Shown piece by piece: positions 39,606-49,769 of a stretch of 64,000 nt of DNA (positions are counted from its first letter, which is position 1; each line of letters begins with the position of its first letter). The position numbers and the translations under genes were made by a program. The DNA is from Gammaproteobacteria bacterium (lineage in GTDB: Bacteria; Pseudomonadota; Gammaproteobacteria; UBA4575): contig CBDCTA010000029.1 in assembly GCA_965221955.1 (NCBI GenBank), positions 256,001 through 320,000 of the forward strand, written 5' to 3'. Under the pieces are notes generated by a model that worked only from the letters and a program-made list of their open reading frames with translations, was not told the origin of the DNA and did no database searches.

Positions 39606-40433
39606 TTATAAGCCTTGGTATCGAACACCGGTATTTAAATTCAAATCAGCGCGAATTTGTACGCCACCGTGTTTTTCTAATTGTTTTGAAATTTCACTAT
39701 TTGGGTCATTTAAGTCACCAAACAAAAGTGCCTTGTGGCCATCTTTATTACATGCTTCAGCACACGCTGTATTGTTATCACCACGATCAACTTTGTGCAC
39801 GCATAAAGTACAACTTTCTACACAACCTTTGCCTCGTGGTGCGTGCGGGAGTTGGTCGACTAATACCTCATGAATAAAAGATCGAGCTTTATATGGGCAC
39901 GCCATCATGCAATAACGGCAGCCAATACAAGTATGTGCATTGACTAAAACAATTCCATCAGCACGTTTAAAAGAAGCACCTGTTGGGCAAACATCAACAC
40001 AAGGAGGATGTTCGCAGTGTTGGCACATCATCGGCAGTGAGGTGACATGTCCGGTTTGTTTATCTTTAACGTTTAGCTTGCGTATCCACTGTGCATCGGT
40101 TGTAGGTCGACCTAAATCCCAAAGGCCATGCTCTTCATTACAGGCTGTCACGCATGCGTCGCAATTTTCCTGGCATAAATTTGTATTGATTAACATGCCC
40201 CAGCGCTGTTGACTGGTAACTGCTTCATCCACAGGCTTAGCGGATGCGGTTTGGTACAGCATGACTCCCGGCGCAATGGTTAATCCACCCACTGCAGTAG
40301 CACTGCGTAAAAAATCACGTTTGCTTTTATCAATTTTATGGTCTACTTCATGTTCTACCTCATAAGCAACATTGTCTGATGTAGTGTTGAGGACATTATC
40401 AATATTGGTATCAATGTCTAGTTTATAGCGCAT
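39606..40433 (-). CDS. dsrO: DsrO, periplasmic Fe-S protein
   Basis: Tat-like KRDFL, CQHCEHPPCVDVCP, CIGCRYCMMACP. Confidence 0.93.
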   Translation of the reverse strand: MRYKLDIDTNIDNVLNTTSDNVAYEVEHEVDHKIDKSKRDFLRSATAVGGLTIAPGVMLYQTASAKPVDEAVTSQQRWGMLINTNLCQENCDACVTACNEEHGLWDLGRPTTDAQWIRKLNVKDKQTGHVTSLPMMCQHCEHPPCVDVCPTGASFKRADGIVLVNAHTCIGCRYCMMACPYKARSFIHEVLVDQLPHAPRGKGCVESCTLCVHKVDRGDNNTACAEACNKDGHKALLFGDLNDPNSEISKQLEKHGGVQIRADLNLNTGVRYQGL

Positions 40434-40447
40434 GATGGTTCGTTACT

Positions 40448-40948
40448 TTATTGATGTTCTACATTACTAAATTGTAAGTAATGTTTTATTTTTTCTTCGT
40501 CTGATTGGCGGTCAACCGTTTGATTGGGATTCATTGCTTTGCGTATCGCTTCTTCAGGTCGATCAGCATGGCACTGGAAACAATCTATATTTACCGCAGC
40601 ATACTGGTGGCAGCTGGCACAAAAATGTGTTTCTTCTGAATAACGCGCATATTCACCTTGCTCGTTTGCAGTGATATGACATTCAATGCATTCGTTTAAG
40701 CTGTATTTTTTAGTACGAATACCTTCAATTACGGTCGCATCGCGATGGTCTAATACGAATTCGAAATGTTGTTTACGCATAATCTCGACCGGCTCAACAC
40801 ATAGTGTTTCTTCGCTGTAATTTGCTTTTGGAGCAGGAATGTCAGCATGATCACCATTGGCATATGCAATCGTGATCCCAATCGCACAGAATACGAGTGT
40901 GATTACTAGTAACAAGTAAACGAGGTATTTTTTTAAAAATTTTCTCAT
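40448..40948 (-). CDS. dsrJ: DsrJ, trihaem cytochrome c
   Basis: CIECH, CASCH, CFQCH. Confidence 0.93.
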   Translation of the reverse strand: MRKFLKKYLVYLLLVITLVFCAIGITIAYANGDHADIPAPKANYSEETLCVEPVEIMRKQHFEFVLDHRDATVIEGIRTKKYSLNECIECHITANEQGEYARYSEETHFCASCHQYAAVNIDCFQCHADRPEEAIRKAMNPNQTVDRQSDEEKIKHYLQFSNVEHQ

Positions 40949-40982
40949 CAGAAGAAATGCTAATAGACTTTAGTGGCCCTTA

Positions 40983-42935
40983 TTAATGACCAAGGGCCAT
41001 ATCGATGTACCCAGTCGGACATACATCTGCACAGATGTGACAACCTATACATTTGTTGTAGTTGGTATCCACATAACGTCCAGTTGTAGATTCATCCTTC
41101 TTAACGCGGAATACTGCGTCTTGTGGGCAGTACACTACGCAATTGTCGCATTCAAAGCACATGCCACAACTCATACAACGACCGGCTTCTTCTACTGCTT
41201 GTTCTTCTGTGAAGTTTTTCATGCGTTCTTCAAAGTGACCCAACACTTGTTCAGCATCTGGTCCATGTTCTTCACGTAATAAGCGAGGCGTATATGGGAA
41301 GTGGCCTAGGAATAATTCATCGTAAGAAATAATTTCCTGTTCAGCACGATCCTCAAAATTATGTACAGAGAATTTTGCTGAATCTGTGCCACGTGTTTCG
41401 CCTACATTATAGTTTTCAGGTTCAAGCCCTGATTCTTGTAATTTTTCTAATAAATCAAAATGATGTACATCTACTTTCGGACGCTTCTTAATTTCAGTTT
41501 TATTAAAGTAGTAATCAATACTTTCAGCAGCGATAGATGCTTGGCCAATTGCAGTGGTTAATAAGTGAGGGCGAATGATGTCACCACAAACAAAATGACC
41601 TTCACGTTCAGGTACAGCATAAAATTTATCGGCATCGATAAGCCCACGACCATTATCGAATTCTTCTAAACCTTCGAGATCACCACCTTGACCAATTGCA
41701 GAAACAATTAAGTCACATTCAATATCAAATTCTGTGCCTTCAACAGGTACCGGGCGATTATCTTCCATTTTGCATTCCGCCATGCGCAATGCAGTAGCGC
41801 GTCCATCTTCTCCAAGAACTACTTTGACTGGCATTACACCATCTTTAATGGTTACACCCTCACGCTGTGCATCATGTACTTCATGTTCTGCCGCAGTCAT
41901 TTCCGCTTTTGGGAACAAAGAGGTCAAAGTAACTTCAGCGCCCTCACGCGCAGCAGCGTAAGCCGCATCATGTGCCACATAACCGCCAATGACATGCTCT
42001 GGCGCCTCTTCTTTATTGAGTTTTCCAATTTTTCCGAGACGACGTGCAACGGATACTACGTCAATAGAAGTATCACCACCGCCTACACATACCACTCGAT
42101 CTGCGGTTACTTGTAAACGCCCAGTATTAAACGCCTCTAAGAATTTCACGCCCGATACACAGTTAGGTGCATCGCCCCCTTCTACCGGAAGACCGCGGCC
42201 AGACTGACAACCTAGCGCCCATAAAACTGCATCAAATTCTTTTTCGACATCAGCAACCGAAACATCTTTACCCACGCGCGTATTCATACGGGTTTCAATG
42301 TTGCCCATATCGAGAATGCGTTGAATTTCATGATTTAGAAAATCACGTGGCGTTCGATAGCCTGGAATACCGTAACGGAACATACCGCCTAACTCTTCAT
42401 GATCATCAAAAATAACACTGGCATGGCCCATACGACGTAACTGGTAAGCAGCTGCAAGCCCTGCGGGTCCACCGCCAATAATTGCAACCGTTTTGCCCGT
42501 TAATTTTTCAGGTGCTTCAAATTTAAAGCCTTGTTCAAAAGCTGTATCACCTATGTACTGTTCAACTGCATTAATTCCAACGAAGTCTTCTACGTGATTA
42601 CGATTGCAGCCATCTTGACATGGTGCAGGGCAAACACGGCCCATCATAGAAGGGAATGGATTGGCATCGGTTGAGCGTAAAAATGCATATTCTTGCATGC
42701 TCATACCTTCTTCTTGTGGTTTTTCAATGCCTCTAACAATTTGCAACCAGCCACGAATATCTTCACCTGAAGGACAGCTACCTTGGCAAGGAGGTGTACG
42801 ATGTACATAGGTCGGACATTTATGTGACGTGTCTTCATTAAAGATTTGGTCTCCAAAATTTCCCCAGGTGTGATCACCATCTTCAAACTTTCTGAACGTT
42901 AGTTTGTGGGTCATTTCTTCTTTAGAAGTTGCCAT
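40983..42935 (-). CDS. dsrL: DsrL, NAD(P)H-dependent Fe-S flavoprotein
   Basis: PPCQGSCP, GGGPAG, C-terminal ferredoxin CMSCGMCFECDNC/CIGCHICADVCP. Confidence 0.95.
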   Translation of the reverse strand: MATSKEEMTHKLTFRKFEDGDHTWGNFGDQIFNEDTSHKCPTYVHRTPPCQGSCPSGEDIRGWLQIVRGIEKPQEEGMSMQEYAFLRSTDANPFPSMMGRVCPAPCQDGCNRNHVEDFVGINAVEQYIGDTAFEQGFKFEAPEKLTGKTVAIIGGGPAGLAAAYQLRRMGHASVIFDDHEELGGMFRYGIPGYRTPRDFLNHEIQRILDMGNIETRMNTRVGKDVSVADVEKEFDAVLWALGCQSGRGLPVEGGDAPNCVSGVKFLEAFNTGRLQVTADRVVCVGGGDTSIDVVSVARRLGKIGKLNKEEAPEHVIGGYVAHDAAYAAAREGAEVTLTSLFPKAEMTAAEHEVHDAQREGVTIKDGVMPVKVVLGEDGRATALRMAECKMEDNRPVPVEGTEFDIECDLIVSAIGQGGDLEGLEEFDNGRGLIDADKFYAVPEREGHFVCGDIIRPHLLTTAIGQASIAAESIDYYFNKTEIKKRPKVDVHHFDLLEKLQESGLEPENYNVGETRGTDSAKFSVHNFEDRAEQEIISYDELFLGHFPYTPRLLREEHGPDAEQVLGHFEERMKNFTEEQAVEEAGRCMSCGMCFECDNCVVYCPQDAVFRVKKDESTTGRYVDTNYNKCIGCHICADVCPTGYIDMALGH

Positions 42936-42987
42936 AGTTAGCTCCTAGCTCTTATATATCTAAATAGTTCCAAATTAAAAATGCTCA

Positions 42988-44541
42988 TCAAGCTGCTTCA
43001 ACCTGATCTTCGTTATCTGTTGTGTCTTCCTCATCACCTTCTGATGCATTTTCAGGCTCAAGCACAATTGCGTTACTGACTAATTGGTGCAGACTGACAA
43101 TTTGATCCATACGGAAGTCGTAATAAGGAAATACTTTTGAAAACTGACTTTTACAAATGGCACAGATCGCTGCCATATGCGTTACGCCATAATCATCCAC
43201 TACATTTTTCAAAGCTTCCATGCGTGGCATTGCACCTTTAACACGTAATTCAATTAAATCATCCGTTAACAAACCACCGCCGCCGCCGCAACAATAAGTG
43301 CCTTCTTTAATGGCATAACTTGGCATGTCGACATAGTTGTTACACACCGCTTTAATAATTTCTCTTGGGATCTCGAACTGACCTCCAGGAACGTCTCCCA
43401 TGCGTGATGCGCGCGCAACGTTACAAGAATCATGATAAGTAACGACCATGTCGTCATTCTCAGATGGATCGAGTGTTAGTTTGCCTTCTTTAATTAAGCT
43501 ATGGGTCACTTCGCAAATATGCTGAGGCACAGGATAATTAGGGTCTAGAAAATCAAAAGGCCCGGCCAGTGTATTTAAGAATGAATAGGCTACTCGCCAA
43601 GCATGCCCACACTCACCGAATACAATTCTTTTAACACCTAATTCAATTGCAGCTTCACGAATACGTAGTGCAAGTTTTTGCATGTTTTCATAACTGCCGA
43701 TAAACATGCCAAAGTTAGCGGCTTCGCTTGCATATGAACTTAAGGTCCAAGAGATACCTGCTTGGTGGAATACTTTACCGTAACCAATTAAACCATCGAT
43801 GTGTGGCTCTGCAAAAAAATCTGCAGAAGGCGTAATGAGTAATACTTCGGCACCTTTTTCATCTACTGGGAAGCGAACTTTAACTCCTGTGTCTTCTTCT
43901 ACGTCTTCTTCTAATCCCTCTAAAGTATCGATCAATGCTGGTTCGGGTAAGCCCAAGTTGTTACCAATGGTTTGTGCTTTACCGATAATTTCATTGCAAT
44001 ATTTTTGTCCTTTACCAACCGCATCCATTACTTCACGTGCGGCCATGGAAATTTCTGCGGTATCAATGCCATATGGGCAGTAAACTGAACAACGACGACA
44101 CTGAGAACATTGATGAAAATAGCTATACCAGTCGTCTAATACTTCTTCGGTTAAATCTTCAGCACCAACGAGTTTTGGAAATAACTTTCCAGAAAGGGTG
44201 TAATAACGACGATAAACTTTTCTAAATAGATCTTGGCGTGCCACTGGCATGTTTTTAGGGTCTGTGGTGCCAAGGTAGTAGTGGCACTTATCGGTGCATG
44301 CGCCACACTTCACACAGGAATCTAGGAAAACTTGTAGTGAGCGATATTTATCTTTGAGCTCACCCATTTTATCGATCGCAACTTGTTGCCAGTTATCAAC
44401 CAGCTCACCTGGGAAACCTAGTTTTTCTTGAAACTCAGCTTTGGCAACATAGGGTTGACTGTGTTTCATCACACCTTCTTGTAGGCGTGGAATAACAGGA
44501 TATTCTTTAAGTTCGGGAGTATCGAATTCTGCAGCAGCCAT
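42988..44541 (-). CDS. dsrK: DsrK, HdrD-like subunit
   Basis: CVKCGACTDKC, CSQCRRCSVYCP, CCGGGGG. Confidence 0.96.
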   Translation of the reverse strand: MAAAEFDTPELKEYPVIPRLQEGVMKHSQPYVAKAEFQEKLGFPGELVDNWQQVAIDKMGELKDKYRSLQVFLDSCVKCGACTDKCHYYLGTTDPKNMPVARQDLFRKVYRRYYTLSGKLFPKLVGAEDLTEEVLDDWYSYFHQCSQCRRCSVYCPYGIDTAEISMAAREVMDAVGKGQKYCNEIIGKAQTIGNNLGLPEPALIDTLEGLEEDVEEDTGVKVRFPVDEKGAEVLLITPSADFFAEPHIDGLIGYGKVFHQAGISWTLSSYASEAANFGMFIGSYENMQKLALRIREAAIELGVKRIVFGECGHAWRVAYSFLNTLAGPFDFLDPNYPVPQHICEVTHSLIKEGKLTLDPSENDDMVVTYHDSCNVARASRMGDVPGGQFEIPREIIKAVCNNYVDMPSYAIKEGTYCCGGGGGLLTDDLIELRVKGAMPRMEALKNVVDDYGVTHMAAICAICKSQFSKVFPYYDFRMDQIVSLHQLVSNAIVLEPENASEGDEEDTTDNEDQVEAA

Positions 44542-44543
44542 GA

Positions 44544-45308
44544 TTAACTTGCCTTTGCTTTATTAGATTCAAGTTTAGCAGCCCAATCAGCGATGTGGCG
44601 TTGCTCGCGAGGATTGTCTACTTGATTACGAGTAGGGCTGAAAAATACACCTGGTGCATGCAATAATTTGCTGAATGGGAAAATAATCATAAGTGTGACC
44701 ACCAAGCCTAAATGCACTATTAAGATAATGTCATTAGGCATGTTTGTTAAACCTGCTTCAGAGGTCCAAGCAAACGTCATTAAACCGATTAGAAAAGATT
44801 TCAATGCAACGATATCGGTGTGTTCAACAAAGGTCATTAATGCTCCCGTTACACCGATAGCGATTAATAATAAAAGCATTAAGTGGTCAGAAGGTGAGGA
44901 GATATAACGCACGCGATCTACAAAAAGTCTACGTGCCCATAAACCCGCTAGACCTGCGAGCATCATAAATGCAGCGTATTTGCCAAACGGTTGTAAAAAG
45001 ACCACCCATCCCCATACAGGGTCTGTGAAATAGCGAAGGTGTCGGAGTAAAACTAAAAGTAAACCAAAATGGAACATCCAACCAAATAACCAAATCCATT
45101 TATTCGACTTAAACAAGCTTTCAAATACAGTAAGTTCTTTTACCATTCGGAAAGCAACTCCAGCGCGTGTTGTAGGAGCTGGTGTGGTTGGAATTTTTAA
45201 AGGTGCAGGGGTTTTTTTGTAGATCCAGACTTTACGCGCAACAAAAACAACTAATATAGCGGTGGCTATATAAAATAAAATTGCAAATGTTATGGTTAAT
45301 GTTGACAT
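44544..45308 (-). CDS. dsrM: DsrM, membrane cytochrome b
   Basis: WMFHFG, RHLRYF, PFSKLLH. Confidence 0.95.
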   Translation of the reverse strand: MSTLTITFAILFYIATAILVVFVARKVWIYKKTPAPLKIPTTPAPTTRAGVAFRMVKELTVFESLFKSNKWIWLFGWMFHFGLLLVLLRHLRYFTDPVWGWVVFLQPFGKYAAFMMLAGLAGLWARRLFVDRVRYISSPSDHLMLLLLIAIGVTGALMTFVEHTDIVALKSFLIGLMTFAWTSEAGLTNMPNDIILIVHLGLVVTLMIIFPFSKLLHAPGVFFSPTRNQVDNPREQRHIADWAAKLESNKAKAS

Positions 45309-45391
45309 GTATTTGTTTTAAATAAACATGTTATTACAAACATGTTTTAGATATGAGAAGTGGTATAAAACCACCTCTCACCATTCTCAAA

Positions 45392-45508
45392 GAATGTTTG
45401 ATTTGATTTGTAACGAGGCAAAAAACTTTTTGAATGCACAGTGTATGTATCAATACATGAGCAATTCAAAATATTTTTAAACGAAGTTACATGACAAATC
45501 AGGCATTC
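45392..45508 (+). mobile_element. ERIC-like MITE, copy A, between dsrC and dsrM
   Basis: TIR GAATGTTTGATTTG/CAAATCAGGCATTC; core AGGCAAAA...ATGAGCA...TTTTTAAACGAA. Confidence 0.65.
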
Positions 45509-45513
45509 AAACT

Positions 45514-45846
45514 CTATACGCAGCCTGTTGGTTTTGGTAACCCTGCATACTTACAAGCTTGCTTTGCTGGTCCATAAGGAAACAACTCATACAAATATTT
45601 ACTGTTACCTTTGTCTTTACCAAGCTTTTTGCCAATTGCTTTTGTAAGCACGCGTACCGCTGGTGCAATTTGATACTCTTCATAGTATTCGCGAAGGAAA
45701 TTAATCACTTCCCAATGGTTATCGCTTAATTCAGCACCGTCTGCTGCAGCCATTGCTTCAGCTAGGTCAGGTTGCCAATCATTAAGGTTCGCTAAGTAAC
45801 CTTCTTCATCAGTTTCAAAAGACTGACCGTTTACTTCTAAAGGCAT
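45514..45846 (-). CDS. dsrC: DsrC sulfur carrier
   Basis: C-terminal QACKYAGLPKPTGCV with both conserved Cys. Confidence 0.97.
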   Translation of the reverse strand: MPLEVNGQSFETDEEGYLANLNDWQPDLAEAMAAADGAELSDNHWEVINFLREYYEEYQIAPAVRVLTKAIGKKLGKDKGNSKYLYELFPYGPAKQACKYAGLPKPTGCV

Positions 45847-45883
45847 ATGACTCTCCTATTTACCTTACAAATAATAAAAATTA

Positions 45884-46192
45884 TTAAAGCCAAGACTGAA
45901 CAGTTTCATGTTCGGTCGTTAAATCTACAAAGCCGTCATAATCAATGACTTTAATACCATTGATTACATTGCCATCATTCAGGCCACGGGCTTTGATATC
46001 GGGGCCTAAGACATAAAAATTGATATCACTCATTGCACTAGCAACAGTGTCGGAATGTTTGGTGTTTTGCATTGCACCGATAACACCGTCTTCAAAAAGG
46101 AGTACAGAGCTGCCTTTAGAAGCTAGACGCAAGCAAGATTCTAAAGAGTTACGTTCAAATGGGGATTTATTGACTATATGTAAAGATGACAT
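45884..46192 (-). CDS. dsrH: DsrH
   Basis: LHIVNKSP, LFEDGV, ARG, QSWL. Confidence 0.95.
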   Translation of the reverse strand: MSSLHIVNKSPFERNSLESCLRLASKGSSVLLFEDGVIGAMQNTKHSDTVASAMSDINFYVLGPDIKARGLNDGNVINGIKVIDYDGFVDLTTEHETVQSWL

Positions 46193-46203
46193 TTTTGATT
46201 CCT

Positions 46204-46620
46204 TTAAAAACTCAATACAACATCTTGTTCGTCGATGATTTTTGAAAGTTCATCACGATCCACAACAAACAATGAATCCTTTTCAGCCCAGTCATCATCT
46301 TCGTCTTCATATTTTAAAGCTTGAAGATCATCAGTAGTTAAGCCGCGCTCTTCTAAAGATTCTTTCTCTACGTAAACTTTCTTAATATCGTAATCACCAA
46401 GAGCAGTATAGGTTTTAGAGAAATTCTTCATACCAATTGCATCGGTGTCTTGGTTTTTTGTTAGTTGGTATACACCATCGTCTGCAAATACTAAGCTGAT
46501 GTCTTGATCAAATGCTGCGGCAATGAGTACCACTTCTAAAGATTCTAGTGCGTAGATTGTGCCGTAAGGAGCCTTACGGTTCATATAACAAAACTTTTTG
46601 ACGATGCCTTCTTCTGACAT
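46204..46620 (-). CDS. dsrF: DsrF
   Basis: APYGTIYALESLE, DDGVYQL. Confidence 0.95.
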   Translation of the reverse strand: MSEEGIVKKFCYMNRKAPYGTIYALESLEVVLIAAAFDQDISLVFADDGVYQLTKNQDTDAIGMKNFSKTYTALGDYDIKKVYVEKESLEERGLTTDDLQALKYEDEDDDWAEKDSLFVVDRDELSKIIDEQDVVLSF

Positions 46621-46622
46621 TC

Positions 46623-47015
46623 TTAATCTCCAAAAGTGACTAGGCGATCCGCTTGGATGCCAGCTTCAATAAGTTGTCCTAAACCAGAAATCCGAAAGCC
46701 TTTGGTTAGGTTATTTGAGGTTTTACCATTACGCTTACTTTCGTCTTCATCCAACATGCCACGACGTTGTGCTGCAGCTACACAAACCACTAAGTCCAAG
46801 TCATGTTTTTCAGCTAGATCTGACCATTCTTTTGGAAGGTTGCGATCATCTTGAGGGGGTACCCCTAAGTCTGTGCCATTATTCACACCATCGTGATAGA
46901 AAAACACGCGAAATATTTCGTGGCCTTTCGCAAGTGCCGATTTTGTAAATTGCAGTGCCGAATCAGATGCTTGATGCGTATACGGTCCTTCGTTAATTAC
47001 GATTCCAAATTTCAC
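46623..47015 (-). CDS. dsrE: DsrE sulfurtransferase
   Basis: FFYHDGV, CVAAAQRRG, GLGQL. Confidence 0.96.
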   Translation of the reverse strand: MKFGIVINEGPYTHQASDSALQFTKSALAKGHEIFRVFFYHDGVNNGTDLGVPPQDDRNLPKEWSDLAEKHDLDLVVCVAAAQRRGMLDEDESKRNGKTSNNLTKGFRISGLGQLIEAGIQADRLVTFGD

Positions 47016-47032
47016 ATGAACTCCTAATCAAG

Positions 47033-48106
47033 TTAGAAGCGAATGTGGGTCGAAGCATTTAAGCTGCGACGTGCACCACGCCAGTTATCAATATGGAATT
47101 TAGTGAAAGGCAGTCCTGTTACTTCAAAGAAACGTGGCCAACCAATGCGCTCTACCCAATCATTAATACGCTCCCAATCTTTTGCGTCATCGCGATACGC
47201 ACGCAGGATGCGTTTAACAATGGCAGTTGCTTCAGGCCAACGTGGAGGATTATTTGGAATACCGGCAGCAACTAATTTTTGGAAAGTTGGTTTGCCGCGT
47301 GCATTGGAGTGATTACCACCTACCCAAACTGCAAGTTTTGTATGTTCAGCATCGTTAATTTGCATTGGTGGGCATGGTGGGAAACATGCACCACAGCAGA
47401 TGCATTTTTTCTCATCCACTTCTAGCGAAGGTTTGCCATTTACCATTGCTGGGCGAATCGCTGCAACAGGGCAACGTGCTACAACTGATGGTCGCTCACA
47501 AACATTGGATACTAAGTCGTGGTTAATCTTTGGTGGTTTAGTGTGTTGCACATTAATTGCAATATCACCTTGACCACCACAGTTAATTTGGCAACAAGAA
47601 GTCGTAATGTGTACACGGTTAGGCATGTTATTTTCTTTGAACTCATCTATAAGTTCATCCATCATTGCCTTAACAACACCCGATGCATCGGTACCAGGAA
47701 TATCACAGTGCAACCAACCTTGAGTATGCGAAATCATTGCCACTGAGTTTTTAGTTCCGCCTACCACAAAACCTTCAGACTCAAGTTTGTCAATTAGAGG
47801 TTGTACTTTAGCTTCATCCGCAACCATGTATTCAATGTTGCTACGAATGGTGAAGCGCACATAGCCATCTGCAAACTCATCACCAATGTCACATAAAGTG
47901 CGTAAGGTAAACACATCAAGAATACGTTGCGTACCTGCACGTACAGTCCAAATTTTATCGCCGTTATCGGCAACGTGTAGCAATACACCTGGGCGTGGGT
48001 GTTCGTGATAATCCCACATACCATAATTTTTTCGCATCAAAGGATGCATGTATTGAAATCCGTCTGGGCATCCTGATTCAATTGGTGGACGATGCTCTTG
48101 CGCCAT
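47033..48106 (-). CDS. dsrB: Reverse dissimilatory sulfite reductase beta subunit
   Basis: HTQGWLHCDIP, SCCQINCGG, CICCGAC. Confidence 0.98.
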   Translation of the reverse strand: MAQEHRPPIESGCPDGFQYMHPLMRKNYGMWDYHEHPRPGVLLHVADNGDKIWTVRAGTQRILDVFTLRTLCDIGDEFADGYVRFTIRSNIEYMVADEAKVQPLIDKLESEGFVVGGTKNSVAMISHTQGWLHCDIPGTDASGVVKAMMDELIDEFKENNMPNRVHITTSCCQINCGGQGDIAINVQHTKPPKINHDLVSNVCERPSVVARCPVAAIRPAMVNGKPSLEVDEKKCICCGACFPPCPPMQINDAEHTKLAVWVGGNHSNARGKPTFQKLVAAGIPNNPPRWPEATAIVKRILRAYRDDAKDWERINDWVERIGWPRFFEVTGLPFTKFHIDNWRGARRSLNASTHIRF

Positions 48107-48178
48107 TTATGTTCTCCTACGCTTAATTCTTATTTACTTTGAAGTTTTTACTTTGAAGTTAGATTTTGGTGTTTTTGA

Positions 48179-49438
48179 TTAACCAGCAGCAGCTTGTTCT
48201 GCTTTTTTCTGGAACCATTGCTCTGCTTCTTCATCCCAACCATCCATACGAACGTAAGAACTTTGTCGAGGTTCGTTGACCATATTTGGATCAACATCTA
48301 CATCAACACCTTCTAGGAAGTTGACTAAACCAATACGTTCAATCATTTCACCGCAGCGCTCATGTTCTAGACCGTTTTCTGCCCAGAAGTCGATGGTTTC
48401 TTCTGCAAGCTCTACAATCTTTTCATAGTCTTCTTCGGTTTCTAGTTTCATGAATGGAATTACAACCGTTCCCATCAAGTCACCAATTTTAAGGGTACGT
48501 TTACCACCCATAAGAATTGATACACCTTTGTCATCACCAGGAGACAATGCTTTCACCATAACGTTTAAGCAGTGCATGCAACGAACGCAATCTTTATTGT
48601 TTACATCTAAGGTGTCGTCATCTTTTAACGCTAATGCTTTCGTTGGGCAACGTGTAATTACATTATCAATTACATATTGACGACCTTTGCGCTCAACGAA
48701 TTTTTTCACTTCTTCTTGGTCAACTTTCATGTCATCACGCCAAGTACCAATAATGGCAAAGTCGGCACGTTCAATTGCGTTCATGCAATCATTCGGGCAA
48801 CCAGAAACTTTGAATTTAAATTTGTAAGGTAAGGCGGGGCGGTGAACATCATCAGTGAAGTTATTGAGAAGTGTGCGATGAATTTTCATTTCATCTGCAT
48901 TAGACATTTCACAGCGTGCAGCACCTACACAAGACATTCCTGTACGTACGCATGGTCCTGCACCCCCAAGATCCCATCCGTATTCGTTAATTTCGTCGAA
49001 AAAGTGTTGTGTGTTTTCTGTTGTCGCACCGATGAACATAATGTTACCGGTTTGACCGTGGAAAGTGACTAGGCCTGAACCATGTTTTTCCCAGCTATCG
49101 CCAAGTTGACGTAGCATATCTGTCGAGTAGTAATTGCCTGCAGGCGGTTGTACGCGCAGCGTGTGAAATTCTTTTGATTCTGGAAATGCTGCACCGACTT
49201 CTGAAAAGCGAGGAATGATTCCACTACCGTATCCAAATACAGAAACGGTTCCACCTTTCCAATACCCTTTGCGCGTCTCGTATGAATGTTCGAGCTGACC
49301 TAACAAAGAATTGGCTACACCTTGAATTCTTTCGTCAGGATGCTGGTCGCGCAGACGTTTAAAACCAGAAATGAAACTTGGCCATGGGCCTTTCTCTAGC
49401 TCATCAAGCATGGGGGTAGGATGATGCTTATCAGCCAT
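48179..49438 (-). CDS. dsrA: Reverse dissimilatory sulfite reductase alpha subunit
   Basis: TPMLDELEKGPWPSF, CVGAARCE, KFKFKVSGCPNDC. Confidence 0.98.
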   Translation of the reverse strand: MADKHHPTPMLDELEKGPWPSFISGFKRLRDQHPDERIQGVANSLLGQLEHSYETRKGYWKGGTVSVFGYGSGIIPRFSEVGAAFPESKEFHTLRVQPPAGNYYSTDMLRQLGDSWEKHGSGLVTFHGQTGNIMFIGATTENTQHFFDEINEYGWDLGGAGPCVRTGMSCVGAARCEMSNADEMKIHRTLLNNFTDDVHRPALPYKFKFKVSGCPNDCMNAIERADFAIIGTWRDDMKVDQEEVKKFVERKGRQYVIDNVITRCPTKALALKDDDTLDVNNKDCVRCMHCLNVMVKALSPGDDKGVSILMGGKRTLKIGDLMGTVVIPFMKLETEEDYEKIVELAEETIDFWAENGLEHERCGEMIERIGLVNFLEGVDVDVDPNMVNEPRQSSYVRMDGWDEEAEQWFQKKAEQAAAG

Positions 49439-49769
49439 AGTGGAATCTCCTAAAAATTGTTGTCAAAAAGTCGTTAATTTTGGAATTTGCTGAGCAAATC
49501 TAGGTCGACAGAAAACATATTCCGTTACATTCCAGAACCTAATAGAAAAGTCCTAAAAACATAATGTTAGAAGTGTAGAAGTAGGGCTAAAAAGGCTAAA
49601 TCCCTACCATTGGGTGCCGGCTTAAATACAACTTATCCCAATAGAGATACGATTTATTACAGTCATGAGATAAGTAATTTTAAGGGGTTTGCGAGTAGTC
49701 TAGATCCATGTTCATAACCAACAATAGAACCATGTGTTTACACCATTTTGCTGATATAGCTCATAAGAA

